A DNA stretch of 48,157 nucleotides, the filler included, from Porpidia crustulata (taxonomy: Eukaryota): assembly GCA_964255105.1 (NCBI GenBank). It is 2 parts of 2 records of this genome, joined end to end, with 100 filler letters (N's around TTAATTAATTAA, not from the genome) between each part and the next. Parts side by side here need not be neighbours in the genome. Positions count along the whole stretch, not along the records: positions 1 to 24,073 come from CAXUWE010000063.1; 1 more part is not named here. One strand, 5' to 3'. The position numbers and the translations under genes are program-made. The stretch's first letter is position 1; every line of letters starts with the position of its first letter. The notes below the pieces were generated by a model, which searched no databases, had not been told where the DNA came from, and saw nothing but the letters and a program-made list of their open reading frames with translations. Shown here in pieces: positions 1 to 10,600 of the stretch.

Positions 1-2
1 GA

Positions 3-700
3 ATAATAGGATTTGATGGTTTTGATCGTATTAGTGGGGAGATGGATTGTGAGTTATAACCGTATAGTATAGTTGATGATGGTTTGGATAATGGTAGATT
101 GGTTTTGTTAAGTGACTAAAAGAGTGATTTCGTGCGGAGAGTTTCGATGCCGATGGTTGAATGGATTTTGAATAAAGGAATGACAGAGTCAGAATGATTG
201 ATTGATAACGATTTTAAGTGAGGATGATGAGGGAATTTTCAAGCGAAAATAAACGTCAACGCATGAGACTGAGTATGAGAGCTTGATCGTCTTAACGACT
301 TTTGTATGATGCTGAACTAATTCTGCCAATTGGAAAAGTTAGAAAAGTTTATGAGAACATCTTGAGGCGTTGCTATTCAACTTTTAGCTGAAATCTCGCT
401 TGAAGTCCTGGATTATTGATAGCCGTTATAGACCATTTGAGAATGACGACGTGATTTACAGTTGAGTAACTTCGTGCGTTGGCCCCACGCCGAGGCGCCA
501 AGAAAGAGTATATGACATGGAGGATATCAAAAGATCATTGCTTTTCCAAGTCTTGTGAGTGATCAGGCAGACACACCTGAATGAGGTCTGCATAGGAGAG
601 ACAAGCAACAGAAAGTTGGCTGAATAGAGAGAAACAGGCCTGAAAAGCACGCAGAAGAGGAGGTGAAGAGATCTTCGAGATGATGACAGCCAGCTCCCAA
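3..700 (+). pseudogene. Heavily C-to-T mutated coding relic of unknown function
   Basis: The frame starting at nt 3 reads as protein-like text (IIGFDGFDRISGEMD...RRDLQLSNFVRWPHAEAPRKSI*HGGYQK...) broken by many TGA/TAG/TAA codons that revert to CGA/CAG/CAA. Only about 13 C in the first 240 nt on the + strand, while G is abundant. Confidence 0.35.
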
Positions 701-722
701 TTTGATGGACAATTCCAACCGT

Positions 723-3700
723 CTATGGCGGAGAGAGACAGGTTGCAGCGGCAAATTCTCGCGCAATTGGCCCATCCAGCCTCGCGTTTGCCTCAATGAC
801 AAATTCCTGAACTTGCTTGCACAGGTCATCTCGTCGCGGATCCGGGACTTCTTCAACCACGAACATTGCATCAAAATCCTCGAGCACGGAGTCGAATACC
901 TCTTGAACTTTGAGGATTAACGCTGCCTGCTTCTTGTCGAGTGCAGATTCTACGGCGGTTTTGACGCGATCGGAAAGCTTCGTGTATAGATCACCCTTTT
1001 GCATCGCGCTTCTCATCAAGATTTTTTTCGCTCCAAAACTACCCTTGCCTGATTGCGCTTCAATTGTACATTAGCAAAGTGCGATAAAGGTCAAGCACTT
1101 ACCAGAGTTTCTGTTACACTCATTATATAGTGGAAGAAGAGCTTGCATGATGAATGAATCGTCTTCGGCGGTAACGACGTTCAATCTCGTATTGCTTGTA
1201 ATTTTAGGACGGTGAGCATCATTGGAGCTATGAAGGACTTACTGGCTGACGATGTCCATCTCATTTGAAAACTCTTGCATTAGTGACTGAAGTTTCACCT
1301 TCTTCGGCGCAAGTGAATTAAAAAATGGATACATTAGCTCAGTTATAACGCCAGGCATAGCTGGTTAGAAGGTATCAAAGTTAGTTACATATCATCATAG
1401 AGACGTGATGCATGTGAACGTACTTTTCAAAGTTTCGCGAATGCCTTCTAGCAATGTGACGAGGCTGGTGGAAGAGTTTACGCTCATTTCCTCGATTGCA
1501 CGATCAAGAGACCTCCATGCGTCTGCCATTGTTATGGCAATTGGCTCAACGAGCTCGTGATTCCAATTATAATATCCTTTCGTCTTCGAATGGTGCGCCC
1601 CGTCGTTCCTGATCCACGCGTTCAAGGTTGCTGAATGCCACTTTTGCATTAATCAGTTCAAAAATCTATTCTTGTGTGGGTGTAAGTTTATTCGCACTTT
1701 TTCCCACTGCTCAAACATATCATTTCCATGTCCAATCCATGTTGATACAGACCGTTCTTGGAAGAGAAATCAGCTTTGTTATGGCCAGCAAAAATCGATG
1801 GTCACTGACCGATCTTTTCCAAAATGTCCTTGAGTTTCAACTTCAACTCTTCGAAATGAGACGCGATTATCTCATTCAATTCCTGTATACCATCAAAACC
1901 TCTCTATCCTACACGAAATATCAACACTGAACTCACGTTGCGAGGCTCCTTGACAACCTCCCGAATCTCTGCAAGGTGATCGTTTGTGGACCGGTGGCTC
2001 CACATATGCAAAGAATTGATTAACTCGGGCACCGTACATTTGTAGTGATGTCTCAAGACGTCTAGCCGAATATCTGCCGGCATTTTCGAAAGCATGAAAT
2101 GCAAGTTGGGGATCCCAGTGGTCGTTAGTGACAATGGAATATCCTCTTCGTAGTAGCCGTTCCGGTGCGTGGTATAATCTTGGTTCGAGACACAAATACA
2201 TCAAGAGGGTGAAGACTTGCTGTCAGCAGCTTGTACTTCTTACGCATTGCAGCGCTAACTTTTTGATTCTTCATCAAGATGAGAGCTTCGTGCAAGCTGC
2301 GGCTTGATCAGCTTTAGGGTCTAGCACCATCGTAGACTCTACATCTGGGACTAATTTACTCACAGTACGCCCAAAATCTTTTTCCTTAGGCTAGTGAGGA
2401 ATTAGTGATATCATCCAGATACTTCTTTGCACTTACACAAGCTTGCTGATCTTTGTATTCATATTCTTTTTAGCTTTTCCTTTGACCCCCTTCAAGGATT
2501 TCGTCAAGTTGGCCTTGCGTGCACCTGCCATTGTGTGCGCTCGTGATAATCTGCTGTACTGCTCTAACGCCTCTGTAGTGGGTGAAAGATTATTCGCCCG
2601 GGCGTTGGTAGGCATATCCTGGTCTGTTACTTTGCTGTCTAGTTTGCATGAACATTACTTACGTCTATCTTGTTGCAAACTAAGGCCTTTCGGGGTCCAA
2701 AAGTTCTTGAGTACATAACAAGTCTTCTATGGACTTGATCGTCGGTCTGGACCCGAGCAATAGGTGCAATCACTAAGACATAATTGCATCTTCGAATATA
2801 TTTACTTGTAGCTTTCGTTCGGATTTTGTTGATATCTGAGAGTCTTTCAAATACAAATTGTCAAGCAATTGACAACCCATCAATGAGCATATGTAGGCTT
2901 ACCGGGAAGATCAGCAATGATCAATCCACGTTCCAGCAGCGATGACTAAAAACCAACCCTAATTTGAGGTTCAGCAAACGCTCTATGCGTGTTCCTAAAT
3001 GGCTCTGACCTGACTAATCTCACTATTGGCCAGGGTGACGGCCGTGAATCGTCTTCATCGGCCGCATGTGGATTTGTCTTCACAAAAGGCTCCATTTTAC
3101 GTACAAGATCTGGTGCAGTATCCGCCGTCAAATAGATTGAGCCGTTCTTGGCCCCGATTTTCAACAATAATGATTCTACCCAACTGCAGAGCTTCTGAGG
3201 AATCTCCGAATCTAATTCCGACTTTGCACGACCAAGAAATTCTTGAGCGTTGGCCTCGGTCTGAAACTCCCGATGGTTGGCAAACAATGCTTGGAAAGCA
3301 TCGAAGGCAGTGGTGGCGTGGGTTTCCAAGTCGTGCAATGCTTCATTATCAAGACCCTTTTTAGTACCCCATTCATGGTTATAATAAGCTTGAAAGTAGC
3401 TTATGATGATTGTTTTAATACGGTCAGGGTCAAACAAATCGATCTCAGCCTTGAAAGGGGTACTCTGGGTTGGCCATGCTTGGTGAAACTCCGTGATTAC
3501 ACAGGTGCACGCGCTGCCATCTTCGCCCTGGAGATTTCTACGGTTAGCTGGCAACAAATCACAAGGAACACTTACGTACTTGAATGGCAAGCTCAGGGGT
3601 ATCCAACAGTGAGTTAATCAATGAACTTTTGCCTGTTTAAACTTCAGGAAATGCTATGACAAGCAATGGCTGTCAACTAGCTTACCAACGCCCGAGTCTC

Positions 3701-4484
3701 CTACAAAACCAAAGCGCCGGGGTTCGGGAGAGGTGATTCTCTGTTTGGCCATTGCTTGCTCACAAAGATCTGTGACTTTGGCGTCTTTGTATTCCGATTT
3801 CGCCGTATCATCGAGTAATCGTGCGCAAAGGGTTTCAACCTTGGAAAACGAGGAATGATAGGCCGGAAGGCTAGGCTTAGCTTCGTTTTTAGGATCATAT
3901 GGCTTGCAAAATCCTTCGATGATTTCCTCGACCCTACTTTTCAGCTCGTCTTGGTCTCCTGAATCATCATTGGACAGGTCAACGTCAGTATCGTCGCTTT
4001 CTTGGTCTGATCTCTCACCATCCTCAGGGTTTTGAGGGACTGAGGATATATCCGGGATACTGGCTTCTGCAGCTTCCTGTTTCAGCTTTCATTCAGGCTT
4101 TAGCTGCACCATAGGCGAAGCTTCCCTTGGCGTTTGAGTATTTTGGTCGAGCCCAGGTTCTGTCGCTGCTGTAAGTGGGTCTGTTGTTATGACATTGGCG
4201 ATGGTATCAGGTTTCTCCAACGGTGCTGGTGTTGCATCGAACGTATCCATTGCTATGGCTTCGCAGGTAGAGTCAGCAAGCGTTGCGGAAACGAAGAATG
4301 GTGTCATAGCGCTATCTGTAATACTGGGAGTCTGCTCATGCAGGGGATCGATTTGAGCATCCATCAACTTGAAATTTGATTGATTCTCTATGTCCACATC
4401 TGCCATAGAAACATCTACCAAATTTGCCGTAGAGTTAGAAACGTAATGCTCATCCGCTGGTGTATTGTAATATTCTGAGAGCAT
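723..4484 (-). pseudogene. Dynamin-related large GTPase (Dynamin_N / SLIP-GC(NUGGC)-like, with C-terminal helical domain), disrupted
   Basis: Spliced reading gives G1 GFVGDSGVG|KSSLINSLLD (about 3700-3600), ACTCVITE, G3 GLIIADLPG (about 2900-2930), G4-like VCNKID (about 2660), TGIPNL and a helical C-terminus (GKGSFGAKK...). In-frame TGA at 4089-4091 and TAG at 2946-2948, a -1 frameshift near 2195 (LDVF/CVSNQDY), and an apparently damaged splice acceptor near 2845. Confidence 0.8.
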
Positions 4485-4829
4485 GTTGAGATAGCGTTGA
4501 ATCTTGAAGCCTTCGATTCTGAAGCTATAATGAGGTAAATCCTGTTCATGTTAATACCCACCGTACTCGTAAGATCAGGTTATACCGTAAGATAAGGCGG
4601 GACGTGCCAAAATATAAGATAGATATAAGCTGGAACCGAGTTGATCGAAATGGTTGATTAAGTTGAAGACTCCTTTTAAAAGCTACCACATCGACTTTCA
4701 GCACCCGGTAAGGACAACATTGAATGTTGCTGAGATCCGCATGTAAGAAATCGTGAACGGGAGGTGAAACGTCGGTTCGATGATTGAGATGCGTATCATC
4801 AATGAAGAGATGAACAGGGCAGAGACACG

Positions 4830-5330
4830 ATGTTTGTCTAGGATTTGAGGGAAAGTAAAGGTGAACTGAGAGACGTTTGAAAAGCGCTAAAGTAAACTCT
4901 TCAGAACTCTGAGCTGTAGCAGGAGTAAGCGAGCTTGAGACAGAGGTACAGAGGTGCCTTTCGATCCAGAAAAGCGAGAGTAACGGAGGGCTGAGGACAA
5001 GGCAACGAGAGAAGTAGAATCAAGAGTGGCTACCAAGCGAGCGACATGATGTTCTTTAGATTAGGTGACTTCTAGGATTATGACGAAGATAAGTCTTGAC
5101 TTAATTAGCATCAATTTGAAAGGGCTTGTTGCAAAGTATGATAGCGAGATATTGACGTCGAAGACTCAATTGCTGAAGGTAGTTTCAAGAGGTAAACAGT
5201 AGAAAATGAATTCTAGATGCTCATTATTGCTGTAATGGGAGTAACCCTACTGTTGGAAAATCAAGACTGCTGTTGCAGCGATGTCACCGAGATGGATGAG
5301 GTGAATTAACACAATCTCTTTGCAGTCTCT
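4830..5330 (+). pseudogene. Relic of a coiled-coil protein followed by a P-loop GTPase start (IIAVMGVT..VGKS)
   Basis: One frame from 4830 reads MFV*DLRESKGELRDV*KALK*TLQNSEL*QE*ASLRQR...DIDVEDSIAEGSFKR*TVENEF*MLIIAVMGVT, then VGKSR after a frameshift. The stops are compatible with mutated Gln/Arg codons. IIAVMGVTGxGKS is a common fungal G-domain strand/Walker A. Confidence 0.45.
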
Positions 5331-5478
5331 GGAGAGCACCCTGTTTAATAGCTTCGATGCATCAGGCTCATGACGCAAAAAGTGCAGGTCAGTTCAGGCG
5401 GATCAATAAGTGAAGGGTGTACACAGTGTGACAATGAAATTGATACGAAGAACTTCTCAACTTCCCGATACGATAGTA

Positions 5479-5596
5479 CTCATTTCCAGCCCTTATCGGC
5501 CCACACCCGTCATCGGCCCACTACACCTAGGGTTAGGGCTGTAATTTTCAAAGCCCTAACCCTAGGTGTAGTGGGCCGATGACGGGTGGAAACGAG
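5479..5596. mobile_element. MITE-like element (Tc1/mariner-pogo type): TA-flanked, long TIRs, 11-bp spacer
   Basis: TA at 5477-5478 and 5597-5598. Left arm CTCATTTCCAGCCCTTATCGGCCCACACCCGTCATCGGCCCACTACACCTAGGGTTAGGGCT. Right arm (reverse complement) CTCGTTTCCACCCGTCATCGGCCCACTACACCTAGGGTTAGGGCT, with one internal direct repeat missing. Perfect inner hairpin of about 37 bp. Confidence 0.8.
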
Positions 5597-5939
5597 TAGC
5601 GATAGCCTTGGCACAAGCCGGGGCTCCGGGGAAAAGTTATTCCGATCGGGCTGGATCCAGGTCAGCTTCATCGTTAAGCCCCTCGAAATTTGACACTTAG
5701 CTAGTGTAGGACGGAGATTGACGACCTACTTGCCTGTATCATACCACTCTCACCGTACTTGCGCCAATTCACTATTCGGTAGTACGCATAAATCGACAGT
5801 CGTGGATCTTTCTGTTATGTGAAAAATCTGTACTGATCCAGAATCAACGGCCATGTTTTGCCTGCGAAGGTATGGTGATGAGAATCTGATCAGTGAATCA
5901 AGCTGACTTTCGTCACAGCTGGCTACCTCTACTTTTCAT

Positions 5940-6575
5940 ACCAACAAATGCTTCACCCTTGTACGTATTGATCAAAGTCTTTGGCTGGCTGTGAAGCAAC
6001 CACGCTTGACGAGTGAAGCTGATATGTTTTAGATTCGTGGTTTCTTTCTTCGTCCTGACTTACTTCCTGAACCGACCCTGCGTTTACTGCTCGGCCCTAC
6101 TCCTCATATTGTTCATCTCATCGTGTAATTGGTCGGACCATTGCTTCTTCGATATTCATAGCAATTGGTTTGAACCCCGACACTTCTCATCACCGCTGCC
6201 GAATCCTCTATCCAAGGCCATCAAATGCGCGGATGCGGCGGGAAATGATACTGTGGGAGATACTTCATTCCTGGTAACAGTCGCGAATGAGACGGCCACA
6301 GCTTTGGCGGGCGCGGCCGTTGAGGATTTGAAGCGAAGGATAGAGTTTAGGCATGAGTGGACGGGCATTGGTGTGGAGTGGATCAGGAGTTGGTTGGGGG
6401 CACGGGAATGGAGATTGCCATGTCTCGATGTCTATATACGGTTGTGAGCTGTGACGGTGGAGATTTCCCCTTTCTGAAGAAAGCTTCAGAAAGTCGAGAG
6501 CATTGGGATGGTTTCGTGCATTTAGCTGGTCGTGGAGTTTCTCCGCTCTAGTGGTTTAAAGGGCAGGGATGGCAT
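5940..6575 (-). pseudogene. Stop-riddled ORF relic, unknown product
   Basis: A minus frame reads QPYIDIETWQSPFPCPQPTPDPLH...RDCYQE*SISHSIISRRIRAFDGLG*RIRQR**EVSGFKPIAMNIEEAMVRP... with TGA/TAG stops. No family recognised. Confidence 0.3.
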
Positions 6576-7644
6576 TTCTATGGTGATGTGCTTGTCCCAT
6601 ACTGTCTAAAGACTATAGCCATGACATGGATATTTCGATTGTGTGCCATTCCATCGAAATCGTAAGCACAGGCAACCTGCTAATATTTGGCCGGATTCAT
6701 CATTCGGCGCCAGATTTATATCATGAGTAAGCTACGCTACAGAGTGATATGCTTCGAAGAACAGGCACAACTTCGAGGATCGTGGCCAAGCTCTCCAAGA
6801 TTCTTGCCATTCCTGCCTTTCTCCATCAAAATTTCTCGAATGCGGGATACCGTCAGGCCCGATTCCTGCATCACAGAGATTCCTTTTCTGGCCGCCGTTG
6901 TACATCTATCGTTGCGCGGCATCATTCAAGCTTGGCAATAGAAGACGACAAAAATCTGCCCTCAGCTCAGTCGAAGACCGCTCGAGAACTGCCGCTTTAA
7001 CGAGAAACCGAGTGAGCAGAGATAATACAACATATATACATATAAGATCCCCGAGATCATGACAACATGTGAAAGTTGACTGATTAAGACGTTGTCGTCT
7101 TGCTCTCACGCTAGCGACTGTTTTGATCGATCGCTTTCTCTCTGCTTTCTCCTGCTCGTCCTCTGCTTCCCCCTACTGTCTATCTGCTTCCTCCTGCTTT
7201 CTTTTTGCTCTTTCTGCTTCTCTTGTGCTCACTTCTCTGCTCACCTTCAATTCCTCGACGCTTCCTCGCTGCTTCTTTCCGCCGTCGATGTATCGCAGTT
7301 TTACGCGACGGCTGACATGGAACCATTATCGGCTTCACGTTGCAAAAGAAAGCCATACATGGCTTTCGCCCATCACTCACCGCCCCACCACGTTTTGCCT
7401 GCGATTTTTTTCTTCCCTGAGTCTTCTTCATCTCGTCGTTCATTCATATACTCATGAAATTTTGTTTTAGCTGATCACTTCTTTGTTGTTATCCGTTTAA
7501 GCCTGGGTCGCTTTCATGATGAGGGATTGTTTCTTTAAAAAAACATTGTGTAAAGTTTCTTTCTCAATCACATGATAAATTAAAAATGCTGAACATCAGT
7601 AAATCTAACGCGAAAACCTCGTTTATCAATATACAATGATTTAT

Positions 7645-10600
7645 TTAATGGCTCAAGAGTGTCATAAACGGCAGATCAACCGCGAATTTCCCATAAAGCC
7701 ACGTCCGTGTTGTCGCAGCCAGCAGACTATCAATGCCGAACGACGCCAGCGGCTTCTCCACATTGATCTCGTCGACGGGGTGGAGTAGAAAGTTGGAGAA
7801 TTGCTTTACTACCAGCGAGAGTACTAAATCGTAGACGGAGCTGTTGTCCTTGTGAAGAGCTTCTGTGAGCTCGGGTGGGAGACCAGAGATGAGAGACGTG
7901 TTGCTGTTACTGTTGTTGGGCATAGAAGAGTTGTGGGTGCCAATTGCTTGGGTGAAGACTTGGCGCAGGAGGAGTGCGCGTGGGTCATCGAAGGTGGCAG
8001 GGATGCCTTCGAAGCCTCGGCGGCGGAGGTTGAGGAGGCCGGTGGGCTCGAGGCCGGTGAGGATGTGGCATTTGCTTAGGCTTTTGGAAGATGAGGTTCG
8101 ACTGTCCAGGTCGGGAAGTGGCAAGGATGATGATGGTGAGTAGGAGGTGGAGGAGGATGAGGACGAGGAAGAGGAGAGAGCGCTGTCTATGATCTGCAGA
8201 AAATCGTCCTCGTCGAGGACGGCGGCACCTTTTTTTTCCAAGCCGTCTGTACATCTGGGTGCTCGTGCAAATACCCAACTTCGGAGACGACGCCTAAGCC
8301 TACGCTGATGGCTTGTAAGCCGAGGCTTCTGCGATGGCGAGCAAAGATGTCAAGGAAGGAGTTGGAGGCGGAGTAGTTGCTTTCCGTTGCGATACCGATA
8401 CTACCGGAGATGGAGCTCATGAGAAGGAAAAAGGTGAACTGGTCCTCCTTTCCTTGAAGCGCGGTGTGAACATTCCATGTTCCAAGGACCTTGGCATCGA
8501 TTGCTGTATGCCATTGCTTGTTAGAGATTGAGGTGAAGAGAGACTCCTGGTCATGAGATTAGCATTGAGAATTCCTGAGCTAAATTCACATTTACCGAGA
8601 GACCCATCGCGCCTTGAACGACGCCTCCAACGGGACCTTCTATCGCTTTGATTGCGTCATTCACAGTTGAAAAATCGCAGACATCACCCTGGACTACGTT
8701 GACTTCGACACTTTTACTGCGCAGGTAGTCAACAAAATCCCGAGCCTTGGGATTCGCAAGCCCACTTCGTTGGAAAAAGAGGAATTTTCGGACACCCTGC
8801 ATAAACATCCAATCACTCAAACTTCTTCCCAAACCACCCAGACAGCCAATCAGGAAATACGTTTTCTTTGGATCGAATGTGGAGTTATACTTAGGTGGCA
8901 GATACTGGAGTTGCCAGGACTGCGATAGTGGAAATGACACGATGTACGTACCTTCATAGATAAGTCCTTGTTATCCAATCGAAGCGAAACTATGCCAGTC
9001 ATAGGATTTTCCTCCAGGTATTGGTTGGCCTGGGCGATTTCAGAGACATCAAAACTCTGTGCAGTAAAGACGTCTACAAAATTCGCTTGCTGGCAGAACC
9101 ATTCCCGATCCTTGGAAAGACTACTTCTCATCAACCCATTGCGGATTCAGACTTTGATGTTTCCAAAACTTACCTAGAACAAAGTCGCTGACACATTCCA
9201 TTCTCCAAGTCAAAGAGATCGTGCATACCAAACCTCGACAAGGAGACACTTCTTCTTGGTAATGCAAGTGACAAAGCTGACGTATTCTCCGACTGGCGTG
9301 TATCAAACTCTACGAGACATCCAAAGTCGCCGCAGACTTCCCAAATGGCGGGCGGAAGGTCATTAGTCGAGGTGATGAAGACTGCTTGGAAACCCTGTTG
9401 CCCTGTCGCCGTCATCAACTCTGATATAAGGTAAGGTGAGTGGGTCTTGAAGAGGCGGTCTCTTGGGAGGCCCAGTCTCTCCACCACGAAGCCTTCCTCC
9501 TGCTGGCTTTGTGTAGTTGTAAAGACCTCTGCGCCAGCAGTCTGCGCAAGTCTTATAGCGCTCGTTCCAAGCTGACTGGCCCCAGATGAAACAAGAACCC
9601 TGTCGCCTGCTTGGAGCCGGACACAAGAGCTCAGAGCATAGGCTGCACAGATCGAAGCATGGAGCAATGGTGTCTTGAAATGGTTTCTTTGGGGGATAGC
9701 TTGATGCAAGACCACGCAGGCGCTCGCAGTGCGGTCATGATCCGTGCAGGGCCAACAGTAGTAACCCGATCGCCGATAGCTAATGACGAGATGTCTTCAC
9801 CAACTCTCGTCACAATGCCGATGTTTTGCAAGGTTGCTGTCTCGTCTTCAGAGTGGTCATTCTCCAGTACAGCAGCAACGGAATATTTGTTCAGCACGAT
9901 CGATTCCACGACGACTTCGACAAATCCTGGCCTGATCTCATCGTCTTTGCTTTTAAGATGTCTCAGGTAGGCTGTACTAGGTTGCCCTGGCACCTGAAAG
10001 GAGACCTGGCACGGCACCGCATCCTGGAGCTTTGTCATTAAGAGTTCAAATCCATACTTGCGTTGGAAGGTAGAGTTGAGAGGTGCGTCAGGGGCGAAAA
10101 AGCTTATGTGAAGCAAGCCTTGATGATCTTGGATGAACTCAAAGTCGGGATTATTTGAGCTCTGTGCTTGCTTCAAGACAAACAGAAGGTTCGATATCGT
10201 CTTCTCCACGTTAGTGGCTTCATCATTGATATCAATGTTGAAAAACTTCAGCGCAGACTGCTCCGCCATGGTAGATCTTCCCACTGCCGACGCAAGGGCA
10301 AATTCTGGACGAGCACCACTGAGAATATCTCCACCGGTCAGCCACAGAATTTGGAGTGCTGAATCGGTGATCATTTTTGTCAGTTCAAGCTGGTGATCTG
10401 TCAACGTGGAGAAGATAGGATCCTCGAGCTCGACAGTTGAAATGACAATGGAGCCTGGCTCAATAGTCTGGAGTGAGGCTTCATCAAACTTTACCCTCCT
10501 GACGGCCTTCTGGTAGTACTGGCCCAATCGTTCTTCCAAAAGTGTATTGAGGCTATGGTCTGAGTTACGGAAGACCTGAAAATTCTTAATACCGTTTTTA

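Noticed and set aside
5527..5565. Telomere or telomere-fusion site
   Set aside because: Only about two repeat units per side, embedded in longer TA-flanked inverted arms. Better explained as a MITE.
5479..5596. CRISPR-like repeat or tRNA
   Set aside because: Eukaryotic context, no repeat-spacer periodicity, no cloverleaf or A/B boxes.
6013..7470. Plus-strand hydrophobic ORFs (6013-6447, 7092-7457, 7123-7470)
   Set aside because: They look like antisense shadows of charged minus-strand relics, with non-ATG starts and no recognisable domain.
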